NCBI GenBank assembly: GCA_012026655.1
Contig: JAAILG010000679.1
Span: forward strand, 1 to 64,000
Reading direction: 5' to 3'
Source: Hydrolagus affinis
Taxonomy: Eukaryota
Length of the DNA stretch: 64,000 nucleotides
Positions 10,511 through 24,639 of this stretch are shown one piece after another. The position numbers were made by a program, and so were the translations under genes. The notes under the pieces were generated by a model. The model ran no database searches and had not been told where the DNA came from. It worked only from the letters and a program-made list of their open reading frames with translations. Position 1 is the first letter of the stretch; each line of letters opens with the position of its first letter.

Positions 10511-13500
10511 ATGGTAACAATTTCATGCAGACAGGCGGCAGGGATCTCACATAAATGAAAGAGAAACATTTGGCCACCCAAGTGGTCGGGTTAGTGTTGA
10601 CTTCTCTCCATGGTCACATTCCCAATCTCAGAAATAATAATAATCCTTGCATTGGATAAACAGCCTGATCATGTCATTCAGATGTCTCAAAGCACTCACA
10701 GACATAGTGTAAAATGCATCAGTATTACATTGTGAATTAACTCTAGTCATAAAACAATATAAAGCAATGCCAATATGAAGAAATACTCCAGAAAAACTTT
10801 AATGTATTCAAGCTAAGGGGTGAAATACCAATGGGGGATGCTTTTAATGAGTGGAATCTACCATTAAAGTTGGTAACTTTACCAAGTGTGGGATGGGGAG
10901 GAGAAATAACTAATATAAAGATAAATGCAAAATAATAAAACTGAAACACTTTTTGACAGTTCTTCCCAAACATTACAACTAAGTCCTTGTGGGAGAGCTA
11001 ATGACATTAGTTATTAGAACGTCATGCATGTACAACAAAGATGGCCTTTACATAACCCTATTTTCAATAGCATCTGTCAAGATCAAGGTTGATTATGTCA
11101 ATTTATTCATGATGAAAATGATCAGGAAAGAGATGCTGGTGAATATCTTGGATCCCAATGAATAAACTAGGTGAGACACTACTGTATAGCAGGGAATCTA
11201 TCCCAAAATGGGAATGTCTGGGAAATGCCACGTGAGTTTTGACTAAAACATTTCAAGGCACACCACCTCCTAGGAATGTTACCTTATTTCTATTGCTTAT
11301 TGGTGTTAAGGAAGGAAACCTTCGCAATTCTCATTAAAAAAAAATTGAGTTATATGATATAAATGATATTTAAAGATTTTCAAGTCTTTATGGCAGGTAT
11401 CATTGGTCATAAAGCTATTATCCCAAACCTGCTTTTAATGACAGAAAGCCTATTGATGAATGCTAACATCATTGTGTGTACACATTCCTGCCTACACAGA
11501 ATAGGGTATATACCGACAAATTTACACAGAATAATTTATTTTCCTCCAGAATCCCAGATGTAATGCAACTTTTCCAATTGCGTGTTTATCTTTCGTAAGC
11601 TTGGCAATGAAATAGTGATTAGCTTCCGTGCAATTTGTAATTGTCAATTAACTCTGCACTTGCACCAGATTGCAAGGTTAGTGTATTGAAGCGTGGTAGA
11701 CGTGGTGTGATTGATCTGTGATTAAAAAAGTACATAATCTGTCCTTATACAAGCTCCAGCCTTGAATGCAAGTTGGACGACTATGTCTATGGAAAATATA
11801 AAGGCGATCACAGTTAGTCATCTGAGAAATTAAATATAGGGGCGCCATAAAGTAGTGAGGATAGATGTACTTATTTAAACACCACAGTGAAATAGCAAGA
11901 AGTTGCACACAGTTTAATACATCTGTGCTACAAAGATTAAATGGCAGAACTTAAGTTTTTTTCTGCTATATATTATTCAACTAGGTAACTCTGCATTGGG
12001 TTCTCAGAGACTGTTTATTCCTGGTCAGATTATTACATTCAAGCCTGCAAACTGAATCGTCTCTTGCTGATCTAACTGATCAAAGGTTGATGGATCTGAT
12101 CCAAACCTGATCGATCTGTAGCCAACCTAATGTTGTATTTCACTTAAAATGTAACTGCAAACAGCTGCACTGTATGGAGAATACTGCTGCCTCCAGAGGC
12201 ACTGAGATGCATCTAAAGAAGCCTGTTCTGATAGCACCTCTGAAAACCGCAGTAATCCTAGGGGATTTAAAGGGTGACATTGTGTGGGTGAAACACAGGT
12301 TACCATTCGGTTGGAGGAATTTCATCAATGACCTGGTCTTTTATTTGAGCAGCTAGAGATCTTTCCTTCCATTGTGAAAGGTGCTACACAAGTGTAACTT
12401 TGTGGTAGTTGTTTACATGGATCACGATTTCCAAACAGTGGTGTATGCCATTGGATGCTCGCCATAATATACACGGAGAGCATTCCGACCAAGGGATGTC
12501 TTGGGATACGTAAATGAACCAGTTCTTTAAGCAGTTTTTAGTAAGGTAAAAGCAGCATAAAACATAACCTTAAATGGCACATGAGTACTTGCTTTGCTGC
12601 ACTGTACGCAGATTTCTCTGAAAGTCACTTCATATTTTAGTAATTAAACACACTTTATTACATGTAGGGTTTAAATCCTGGATACCATAGCTATTGAGAG
12701 AAATTCCTTCAAAAGAATGGGTTTTACGACACAGAAAAAATGGTTTGAAGGTTGATCACTTGATATAAAACATCAGATTGGGATTTACTATGATAAAAAT
12801 CTATCAGCTTGTTCAGAATATTTCCAAAGTGAAGTTAATCACACCCTACATTGATTCGGTGTATACCTGCCTGTCTGTATTGGGACTCCGATACGAATGT
12901 GAAGTTAGGCAGAAATATAAGGAACAGGCTTAGTTCTGTGCAAACACACACAAGGCTACCAAGTTTGAATTTATTCCCAACTTTAAAGCAGGAGGTGGGG
13001 ATCAGATACAGGTAAGTACATGTGCAATCAAACATATAATGCCTGGACTGAATCTAAACATAGGCTGGTGCATTTCTTCCATTTCACACTTGACTCATCC
13101 ATTGCGCCTTTGCATCTTTATTTCTTGGCCCTTCCAGATGTATTATCTGGTCAGTATTTCAGGTAGGGAAAGCACAAGAGATAATTGCGCTCTACCGTTC
13201 ATTGGAAGTGATTGCTGTTGTCAGTGATTGCTAGGACCTTGTGGGGTATGTGCAATAACTCAAGCGTTGTCACTTTGTAGATTTGTTTTAGCAGATAGAG
13301 ATCTTTCCTGCCATTTTTGCAAAATATATAAGGTTTAACATGTATCATAGGGAAAGTATGTTTTTGTCTAATTGACAAATGAACAAGTGATAAGTGGGGG
13401 ACTTGAACCAATCTTTGAAAAGATGGCTCAGAGATTACCACACATGAATTAAGGATTACAGAGTTTTAGCAAAAACAAAAAACTCAGTAACAATTTCCAG

Positions 13501-13844
13501 GAAAATGTTTAACTCTTTCAGAACAACTATTTTCAAGGAAGATTTTCTGTAAACCTCCATTTTGTCATCTGAAACAGAGGCAAGCAACTGTACTCATCCA
13601 TTAAAATGTATTAGCATGGCACTGCAATGCAATGTATTAATCTGCAAATGTACTGTACCAGATGATTTCACAACCGCAATTTCACCCAACAGCTAGTTAC
13701 ACTGATGTTAAGTCATCTAAATTACTTAAATAAAATCACTTTGTTATTTTAACCCATTTCCCATCTCAATAAGTAACTTTGTGTGGTGACTGTGCACTTG
13801 TGTACACAGTTCTTCCAACAAACTGTGGACCGTGTAAGTGAACA

Positions 13845-14148
13845 CGTAGGTAATTTGCGCACAGCAATGTACCACAACAGCTTGAATTGAATGACCAAAT
13901 TTATCTGGGAACAAGCACACTAGGAGAAACACACTTCTTTAACATCCACCTGAATAGGCTGACATCAATACCTTTGTTTAGTGTCTCAGTTGAAGGCTGA
14001 CAGTGTGACGCAACCCCATCAATGTATTGCAGTATCAGCCAAAACTACGAGTTCAAAGTTTAATGTGGGGCTGGAATCTACAGCCTTCTGACCCAAAAGT
14101 CAGAGCAATGGCAATTGGGAGTGTGACCAACTGAGCCAGGTTGACACT
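13845..14148 (-). mobile_element. Old DeuSINE with tRNA head
   Basis: Minus strand starts GTCAACCTGGCTCAGTTGG, followed by a degraded Deu domain (plus strand TTTAACATCCACCTGA, GCGCACAGCAATG). Confidence 0.75.
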
Positions 14149-17033
14149 GTGTAATGTAATGGGAATATGCTGTAGCAATTTTATAATTAAGGCATCATTG
14201 CACGTAACACCCCAAAAAAATCACAGACCCACACTTCCACAGTATGTCTCTGCACTGCATATATTCAACACGTGCATACCATCACCAGAATGTGCTGCTT
14301 CTGAGCCAGGCAAATTGTAGGCTATTATGAGGTGTGCAGCATAGCAAGAGCTTCATTAGGATGTCGATGGGATTTGTGCTAACATCATTACTTTGCATAG
14401 TGAAGTACTGAGCTGGGGTTAGTTCCTGAGACTTTTTATTTCCAACAGTTTTAAAGAAAAAACTAATCTCTTTATTTTGCATTCCTATAATATTGGAGAA
14501 GTGGGACAAAAGTTAAAAGAAAAAGTTAAAATAGGTAACAGATTTTGTTTTGTGGTTTGAAATAAACAATAATAAGAATGTTAAATTGTTAGCTCTGTGG
14601 GAACGATTCTCTGATTATCAATACATTTATTATCTTGTTTTTTTCCCCCCAAACATTGGAGAATAATATTTTCTCACCTGTCAGGATTGACAACTTCACT
14701 GCTGATTCAATGCTGATGTTAAATACGAGAACAAGCTCGTTTAACTCTTCATTTTTGCAGCTTTGCAATAGTGAAATCAATAGGGGCACCATAGGAGATC
14801 TTTCCAAAGGTGTAATTGGGATTTAACAATTAAACACTGTGTTTGAATTTGTGCTTCTCAAACCAAGCATTGCATTTTGAGCCACATATTGGGTGATCTG
14901 TTGCTTGACTTCTTGGTGTTTGACAGAGATAGTGGGAATTTTCTAATGGGATTCCTTAATAAGTAATCCAAGCCACACAGATGGGACTCCTTCCAATAAA
15001 CTGAAGTATATCATGCTGACTTAAGGGGACTCCAATGCGATCTATTCCTGGAGCCAAGTTTCCTTAGTTGCCAGGAATTCAAATGGAATGCCTTATTAAC
15101 AAACCCCATTAAGAATTAGTGTAAAGTACAAATAACTCATTATTAGCACACGTTTGGTGACACTGCCAATATCATTATTAGCAAGCAATTTTGTGGTCAT
15201 TCACTGATCTCAGATTGGCAAACACTGTGAAACTATAAATAGTTTCAATAAACTTCCATGAATCTGCCTCTTATACAAATCTTTCCAGTTTCATAATGAA
15301 GATACCAATTCAACAGGGATTAATAATATCTCTGGTGTTGGTTTGCAGTATTCCTCCTTCATAGACAGATATTGAAGGGTACAGGCTCAGTAGGATATTA
15401 CATATAAAATTAAAAGTTAACAATTTAATTATGTACCTTCAGATGCTGTAAATATTGATTAGATATAACTCATCCTAGTTCCACAAAGGTGAAGAGCAAA
15501 GGTCAACACTGATCAGAGTAAGAGGTTCACTGTGCCAACAGTATTTTCCCTTGTTTCTCACTTCCATGGGTCAGAGTAGGGCCTCCTTAAACAGATTACT
15601 CTTTTATCTCAGGCTTCCGGGAGACACAAATGATTCCCTGGTCAAACGCAAACTTTCTTAAATGCAACAAGCCAAATCAGTAATAGCTTGTGATGGTATT
15701 GTCATTATGACAAACAGTAATTTCAATGTTCCTGTTAAAACAATATTTTCCTTCATCCCTATATCCATTAAACTTGGGAAAGAACAACATGATCTGATGA
15801 TTAGAATCACGAATAAGGGTTTAATTATAAGAACAAAATTGCAACAAGAAACCTTGGAAGATGTCTCCTATTTGCATTACCTGAATGGAAACCCAGGAGA
15901 TAGGGACTGCCATAATTGGTCTAAGCTATAAAAATAAAATATCTCCCTAAACAAAACCAGCTTGTTTCACGGAACTGGTTACACTCAGTGCTTTTTATCT
16001 TTCAATGTGCTAATGAACAATACCACAATGAATATCAAACGTTTCATCTAGTGTTATTTAAAGTTAATTACTGCAGCTATAATTTGGTTGCAAAATACAG
16101 TCTGACCAGATTGTGCATGACTTCTTGGGAATATCTCAGCTGAGCTAATCAATGACTTTACCACCTTTCTGAGGTCAGGTTTATGGGTTGAATGACCTGT
16201 GAAAATGGGTGACTATGATCTTTGGCAAGAGAAATGTGTATATACCCACAAATAGTTATATGAAAAGATGATGATTAAGTCATTAATTAACTGTTATGCT
16301 TCAGAAGCATTCTACTTATGGTGTATGTTATATCAGTGTAGCTGGGTAAATAGGGAAAGAAAATGCTGAATTTTTAAGCGATGTGATAAACAGAACCTTC
16401 CACTTTCTATATTCATCGGGGATGCTACAACAGACAGAAAATGAAGCTCCAAATGTTTTTCAAAAAGGTTATGCAGCACTTGCATATTGCTCTGAGTGCT
16501 GTGGAATCCACTTTGCTGTGTAAATTGAATGAATTCCACAATGCCAGGGCTCAGGATAGCCCAGAACTACTTGTACTTGAAGCAGTGCTGGAATATAACA
16601 CAGCATTAAGTCGGATTGAAAACAGTCATTGGATTTTTTTCATCATCATTCGTGATAGATCTTATTTTTCTGAGCAATCTCGACAATGCATCTTTCATAT
16701 TGCGAATTGTTACCTTTCTTATTATCCTAGTATTACCAGCTATCTAAACTGTTATGTTTACACAGAGAGCTGTTGGAAACACAGATAATGATCATTAAGA
16801 ACAAAAAAGGAAGGAAGCAAATGGTTCAAACTGGCAGCTAATTTATAAGATTTGGTGTGTTACGACCAAAGTACATTTCAACCCAAACTGATAGAAGAGG
16901 TCAACGGGTATGATTTACAGACTCAAGAAAATTCTGTCCTTTATAACCAACAACAAAAATAGTTTACATGCCAGTTCATATTTATTTCATTTTATTAATA
17001 CACAATTATTAGATTACTTAAATATCGGTTTAC

Positions 17034-17152
17034 CTTAAAGCCCGATGACTTGATGTGAATTCCCCGTTTGGTCAGTGTTGACTTCATTCTGATAAAAAAT
17101 GATCGTTCCAAGGTATTGTCATTACTCAGTAAACTTGGGCTTGTAGATTCCA
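17034..17152 (-). CDS. NPAS3: NPAS3 internal coding exon, 119 bp: (V)[39 protein letters not shown]
   Basis: Not in the ORF track; found by reading the minus strand. Acceptor cccacag|TG GAA, donor TTT AAG|gtaaac. Contains the [16 protein letters not shown] motif of the SIM/NPAS/trh class. Phase 1 to 0. Confidence 0.97.
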
Positions 17153-17483
17153 CTGTGGGAGAACAAAAGGACATTTATTACTGGTGTACTTTTTGTAACA
17201 CAATATGTCATTTTGGAAACATGCTTGTCAGCAATCTTTCTTTGTACTGAATCTGGGAAGAATTTACATCACATTGTTGCTACATCTCCCCATCAACAAC
17301 CAAATTCAAGCACACCCCTGGGTTTCCTCCTAATTAACTGTAGTCCACTGATAGGAAACAGGTGGACCACAGTCTCTCAACCCTTTCACCCCACCATCCA
17401 ACTGCTAGGAACTACTCTAGAAAAGGTTCAGGTGAGAGAGAATCTTGTATTCAATAACAACTTATAATGCGTTGTTACTAATA

Positions 17484-17635
17484 ATTTGGTCGCTTAGTCC
17501 ACGGCTGTTTGTGAGACACTGCCACGTTTCGCCCACTGGTACACAGTCAATTCATTTAGCAGTATAACCTGTGATGCGTTTTGAGACGTCCAGAAGACGT
17601 GGTAAGGCATTATATCAAATGCAAGGATCATAATA
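17484..17635 (+). mobile_element. SINE core plus tail fragment
   Basis: CCACGGCTGTTTGTGAGACACTGC..TTTGAGACGTCCAGAAGACGTGG..TATCAAATGCAAGGAT. Confidence 0.85.
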
Positions 17636-20039
17636 TAGCGCCTTTCACAAAGGGTAGCGTCCCAGGGAGCTTGTATCTTGAATAACCCTGAATCTGAAGA
17701 AATTCTCTGATATCTGCCAGCGTGTGGTTGGCATTCTGGCCACAATCACTCACATAGCTCAAGCATCACCTGACAATCAGTACCACCCACCTTCCATGTT
17801 ATGCCATCTTGCCACAGCAATGCAGCTAAATCTGACAGAAATCAGTGAAATAGGGCAGCAATAGCTCAACAAAACACACTCTATGCACTGTATTAAACAT
17901 ACAGGTGCATATCAAGGCACACCTTAAGCATAATGCACAATTATTCAACATACTATATTGCAGTTGAAGGCCTGAAAAAAAAAGGCACCTAATGACAGCA
18001 GCTTCAGCTTGTACAAGAACTGATGACTTACCCAAATGGCTTTCTGTATATAGAGTATATCATGTTTTAACTGTTAAATGTTTAGGGGCGAAATGCTCCC
18101 ATGGAAATCATTAACTTTCAAAAGTGTATTGAAAGAGGCTGAAAGAATGTTTTTAGACATGGATTAAAACACATTCAGCTTGCATAATGCGTTCTTCACA
18201 GGATTAGTGCTTCGAAGACGGTCTGCTTTTCTGATAGAAAGCTCAATTTCACAGCTGTAATCTTTTTCTCTCACGACAAAATATTGTAGCAGTATCAGAA
18301 AAAGGGAAGTGTATGATGTTTAATATACAGTATATCCAAAGTTTAGAAGGCAGTTTCCTGGAAAAGCAGAAATATATACACAGCATAAAATTGAACAACA
18401 TTGCACAGAAAAGCAGTATTCTATGATGGCTAATACCCTCTACTGGCAATTGTATTTGTTCCAAATAATTAAATGCAAAAGGAGAACCAACTCTATTTGT
18501 AAAGCAGGATACTTTAATATAAATATGAAATTCATATTGTAACATTTTAGTAGAATGACAGTCTCAATTCAAGTAATGATGGCTTTACTTTTGAAATGTC
18601 ACCTCATGTTAAATTATTTTCGAACTTTTTTTAAAGAAAACTAGATAATTCTTGTATTTGATATAGCGCCTTTCACGTTAATCTCAGAGCCATTCACAAG
18701 GTATACAGTGAAGTATAGTGAGTGTATTATGTAGGTGAACGCAGCAACCAATTTGTTAACAGCAGCATCCCAAAACAGAAAAGATTCTAGTTTTAGAAGG
18801 AACTTCTTAAAAAATAAAAATCGTTGCATTTTGGTACAGCATCTATGAAAACACCTCAAACAACTTCAAAATGTTTTGTTAAAGTGTACTGACTATGCCT
18901 TTACAGGCAAACTTATTTTGTCTTCTTAAGTTCTAACTATTTTGCTTTCTCTCTCAAGGAGAGAGTGATATAGTGCCACAGGTATATTAGTGCTTTCATT
19001 CCTACTGATTAAAAAAAGAATCACTATAAAATTCTTCTCATCATATAACACACTATAATATGCCAACAGCTTTTTAAATTATTTCATGGAGGCTATAATG
19101 CACCATCTAGGCAGAAACTTCAACTGTAAGAGTTTAATTCATCCCTCTAATCCAATCACATCAACCTGATTTTTCTTATCAGAGATTCCCATTTTGAATT
19201 AAATGAGCTCATTAGTTTTAATCAAAGCAAGAAAGATCAAAACTTACACTTAAATGCTTTAGATCAGAACTGTCACTCAGCCATGTAGTTCTTTCTTGCA
19301 AATGCATAAGATCAGAGGCCCTTGGAGCTGTTTTTTTTACACACACACATAAGGAATGCTGATATTATGAGAATCGTAGATATCTCTGGAATTAAATCAG
19401 TTCTTCCCAGTCTGGTGTGTGAAGATCAGTAACCTATCTTGTGCATTTGCAGCTTTGGCGAGAATTGAGTGTAAATGGATTCTATTTGTGAGACAGGAGT
19501 CATTGTCATTCGTGCACCTAATGACTGCCCAAAGTATTACCGCCCAAAGTATTACCGCACAGTCTGGCTCCACTGTGGAAATGTTTTTGACAATGATCAC
19601 ACTTAAAATAAGTAATATTTTCTTCTTGAAGCCCAGATTCTATTTGCTGTAATTCAAAACATAACGGAAACTGAGAAAGTGAGAGCAAGTAAGAAAATAT
19701 AGAGAGGACAGATTGTATGGGAAAATTAACCAATGCTAATTTGTAAGTCAAAGTTAGACAGTGTCAAAACAACAACAACAAATTACATTAATAAACTAAC
19801 TTTCACATTGGAAGAACGTTCCAAGGTGCCAAAAACAAGGTTCTCTTTCCTATCTGTGAACTCTTGTGTTAAAAAGCTTTTTGGGGGTTAATTTTCTGAA
19901 TAAACACAAAAGATTTCATTGAAATCCTATTAAAACTATGACTTTTTGAATAGTTTAATGCATAGTTCCACTTTATACAAAGTCACATAAACTCAAGTTG
20001 GCTCCAGGATCAGTCTTTGATTTGAAGATTCTCACCTAA

Positions 20040-20440
20040 AATAATGATAAATTGGTCACGACTTGGTCATTCAATCCATGATTGTTTGTTGGACACTGTT
20101 GTGTGCCACGTTTTGCCCACAAAATATACAATCAATTCACTTTATAGTAACTTCACTTGAAAACGTGATAAGGTGTTATATCAAATGCAAGGATTATTAT
20201 TATTATTACAGTACTCCAAATTCAATGCTCTGGGGAACGATGCATTGTTGGACATGCTGTCCTTTGAATTAGTGGATAAACCAAGGCCCCGTCTGGCTGT
20301 TAAACATCTTATGGTACTATGTATGAGGTGAAGAGAATTTATCCTGACCATTAATGGCCTTCAATCATGGCTGTTTGTGGGACATTGCTGAGCTGCCATG
20401 TTCACCTCTAAAATGCACAGTCACTACACTGTACAGTAAA
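20040..20440 (+). mobile_element. Two adjacent SINE fragments (young core plus tail 20040-20207; degraded DeuSINE 20230-20440)
   Basis: Family core and tail motifs, and GATAAACCAAGGCCCCGTCTG Deu signature. Confidence 0.75.
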
Positions 20441-22143
20441 TCCAGTTTAATGGATACAAAATGATAAAATTATATCCTGTAGCATATTTCAAATTTGATG
20501 TTTAAATGTGGTTGAACAATGACACTACCAATGACATCAATTAACAATATTTCAGTATGAGTGAATAGTCCCTTTAGCCATAGTGGTGATATAATGATCT
20601 AAAATGTGTAAAGCTACCCTAAATAAATTAAAATAACTAGTTAGATTAATACAAGATAGATGTTTAAACAGCTTTAAAACATAATTCAACAGTTTAAGCA
20701 TTCTATTTACATAAATGTGATTATTCCTAAAAGTTGAAAATAAAGTGGAACACATCTCAGTGTAAAATATACTAGAAACCGTAGATTAGCAATTAAGAAC
20801 CATTTATAATGTGCTTAATTTGGAACAATTGCTTTCAAACATTATGATTTTAAATAAGATCTATCTGCTAGATTAGAATGATTGACCAAAACAAATTTTG
20901 CAATTAATGAAAAAGCATGTTCTTGATTATTAGAAGGCAATTGGAACTCTTAATGATTTGCTTATCTTTATTAAGTCAACATCTAAAAAAAAGTCTGTCA
21001 ATAAAGTTCACAGTGCAACTCCAATATGGGCAAATATCACCAGTATGAATTCAAAAAACCATATAAGGTTGAAAAAAATAATGCTTTACTTCCAGCAAGT
21101 AATAATTTTAAAAATCCTTGCATTTAATATAGTGCCTTACCACGTCTTTGAGACTTCTCAAAGGGTGTCACAGAATATATTGTACAGTGGATTGACTGCA
21201 TTTTGTGGGTGAAACATGGCACCAATTGTAAAATTAAAATAAAATAGGCAATTATAAAATAAAAGTAACACAAAAAGACAGCATCAAATGCATTGTGATG
21301 AGGCATTAGTTGGCTGAAGATACTGCTCTTTGAAGCAGAAAGAAAGCAGTAGCAGTGATGTCCACCCACAATGTGGTTGTCCAATACAGTTAAGAAGATC
21401 TCTACTGGGAGTCGGAAAATGTTCTAAAGGGGCTTAAGATCAATGGTTATTGCAGCTTTAGATGTAACTTTCTGGAGATACTTGAATCCAGTCCAAAAGG
21501 ACCAAACTAGGTCTGATCAATAATAATAAAAAAAACAATTAGGAATGGAGAGTCTGCTCTGACAAGTGGGAGTTGGAGACATTGAAATTAAATGCTGGGT
21601 CATTTACCATTCCAAATAAAGTAGGAAATTTGTTAGTTGAATTACTTGAAGGTGGTTGGGAGTCATTGATGTGAACTTGAGAACCTGATGTGGAAAAGCT
21701 GGGGAGAATATTTCAGTTTGATAATGCTTACTTTCGCCAGCATAATAAAGAAGCGTGAGGTTACCAGGCTGTATCCTACTAAACAATGTGTTTGAACGGT
21801 TAGCTTCTTACCAGAGCAGCTGCCTATGAGTGAGCTGCTTGAAGACGGAGACAATTCAGTTGGAAGTACTGTAGTTTAAAGCAGTTTTTTTTAATGTGTA
21901 CATTGGTTTAATTCAAAAGGGCTTCATACTGCAGTATTTGAATGAAACCCAATAGCAGATCAAGGAATCAAAGATGCCAGAGAGCTGCCTTCATAAAATT
22001 AATCATCTTCTTTCTGCACTAGAATATTATAGATGGTCTAGTTGGTACCTAGACAAGTGGCAGATAATAATATAGTGCTAATGGGTAAACACAAATTTAA
22101 TTTAGTTGTTAAGTGTTAGTTGGCTACCAATAGCACAAGATTT

Positions 22144-22447
22144 GAAGTCCTGTAGCTCAGTGGTTAGAGCACTCGCCTTACAAGCGTGAGACTTGTGTTC
22201 AAATCCAGGCAGGTCAGGGCGAAACCTTGGGCAAGTTTCCTTATTCCACATGCCTAAAAACAATCCCTCAAAAAAGAACAATAAAATGGGTCATTTCAAT
22301 CCACGACTGTTTGTGGGACACTGCTGTGCGCAATTGGCTGCCGTGCTTCGCCCAAAGTATACAGTCAATTCACTTTACAGTATATTCTGTGAAGTGCTTT
22401 GAGACGTCTAGAAGACGCTATATCAAATGCAAGGATTATTATTATTA
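22144..22447 (+). mobile_element. tRNA-derived SINE, full length
   Basis: TAGCTCAGTGGTTAGAGC A box, GTTCAAATCC B box, core, tail ending (TTA)n. Confidence 0.93.
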
Positions 22448-23114
22448 AAATTATTAACTAAAATTAAGGGCAGTCGTACCATTAGGTTTCACGTCTGATA
22501 CTGCAGGTCACAACACAATAGTTACATTTTAGTTGTGTCAATAAATGTGCTCTTATTAATGAAGTGAAAATAACGTTGATTTTACACTTCCTACAAGCAG
22601 AAAAAGGTGATAAAACAGTTACCTGAATAATTAAGATTGAATTGTTCTTTCCTGGGAGACCGCAGGCATTTCTGTATGTAAAACCAATTATGTTTGCCTC
22701 AGGGAGGAATCACACAATGTAACTTCATGTGCATATTCAGTTGAGAACATTCAAGCATAGTAGAGGAATGAATATTACATAGTGAGGCATGCCATGTGCT
22801 GAAAGGACTTTCTGTAATGGTGTGAACTGAACATTTTAGGTTTTTGTAGGTTGTTTAATGAATAACAATAAATTCCCTGTCGTGGCGTGTTCTTCGTCAA
22901 TGACCAAACCTAAAATACTGTGCTTCGAGTTCTCATGTGACTCATTTTCTAATTCAGTGCTTTAATATTGAGTGATTATTACAACATAGTAAATTAACCT
23001 GCTTAGGTGTAGTCTACCTTTACTTGTAGCTCTTACTACAAGTACAAGTAGTACTCTTCTATTACTCTCTTCATGCTCTTCATTTCACTGCATTTGTTTG
23101 TCATATCATTATTT

Positions 23115-23425
23115 ATAATAACCCTTGCATTTTGATATAGCGCTTATCACGTCTTCTGGATGTCTCAAAGCGCTTCACAGAATGTACTGTAAAGTGAATT
23201 GACTGTATACTTGTGGGCGAAACACGGCAGCTAATTGAGCACAGCAGTGTCCCACAAACATTCGTGGATTGAAATGAACAATTTTTTATTATTGTTTTTT
23301 GGAATTATTATTATTATTAGGCATGTGAAGGAAGGAAACTTCGCCCTGTCCTGCCTGGTTTCAAACACAGGTCTCACTTACTCACTTATAAGGCGAGTGC
23401 TCTAACCACTGAGCTACAGGACTCC
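23115..23425 (-). mobile_element. tRNA-derived SINE, full length
   Basis: Reverse complement of the same family; lies tail-to-tail with 22144-22447. Confidence 0.93.
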
Positions 23426-24639
23426 ACAATTTGTGTCTTGATTGAATGTAGATAGTTGCTAAAGAGTTTGAATGTTATTGCTGCACCATGATCAGGGTTT
23501 TTCCCAAAGCTGATATGACAATCATTAAGTTGATGGCCTTTTATATTACAACAACAGAAAAAGTTGTGGCACACGTTTACAGCATTGGCTGAGTGTGCTG
23601 AGGTGGAAGTAAACCAACAGCGTGTGAGCGTAGGTAGGATGCAGTTAAATCAGTAATCACTGACAGCGTTAACACTGTAAGAGTGTGATCGGTCTAGAAA
23701 GGCCACAAATGAAGGGAGTAACAGTTAAGCCAGCTAGTTTCATTCCAATCTAGGTGATGGAAACCGCTGACAGCTTCCTTAGAGCTATAAGAGCCATTCA
23801 AAAGGTAATCAACTGGGGCAATAATTCCCCAAACAGGGAATATGTTGGACATTACATGTAAAGGAATTCGTAGTTTGCTGAATATGAATTATCTGGAGAA
23901 AATATAGGCTGGTTTAGGCTAACACCCTGTGTACCAGAAGCTACAGGGGGCTGCAGACTGGGGAAGCTCAGTCTGAAATAACTTCTATTAAATGGAGAGA
24001 TTAGAAAAGAGCTGGGGAGTTTGCCCATTAAATAGTTTTTCTTTCTATGACTAGGGAGTTGAGTATTGTGCACATCCTGAAAATTCTCGGATGTTTCTGG
24101 TGCTACCTTTCGAAAGACTCCTGTCTTTATTCTATGTCTCTGAATATGATTATTTTAAATTTTACTCAAATGATGTCACTCCCCTCTGCAGGACAGGTTG
24201 AATCTTACAGTTTGGATTAGCCTCTGAGAGAGTGATGCTTTTCCTTACCTACCTGTGTATCAGCTGGGTGACACACATTGCAGCTGGTGGCAGTGCTTGA
24301 TAAAATCACTGAGCTTGCCTGCTCACAAAACTGTTCAGCTTAAGCTGGAGTACTTTTTTTTAAAAAAAGCAAATGGTTTTCCACAGGAAAGCTACGAGCA
24401 TTGAAAATTCACATTTTTAAAACAATTCTGCCCAGAATAATCAGCTTGATCATTTTGAACCAAAAAGATTTGAAAGTCTGTATATGTCATGCATATATCA
24501 AGTTAAAAGAGTACAGTGCAGTTGTTATAGATTCCTAGAGGAATCATGGTCTAGATACTATTTACAGTATCCGAAGCCCATTCGCAGGATAATCTGCTAT
24601 ATGAAGACGATTTTCCTATGGTTGATAAAGTTATGCATG

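Noticed and set aside
21400-21990. Possible very old LINE RT remnant on the minus strand
   Set aside because: Only a vague resemblance, with no clear motif recoverable by eye.
22144-22215. tRNA-like sequence (also at about 255-334, 3327-3400, 23350-23425, 33120-33188 and 35449-35490)
   Set aside because: These are SINE heads with A/B boxes that run directly into the SINE body. There is no complete cloverleaf or acceptor stem, so they are not tRNA genes.
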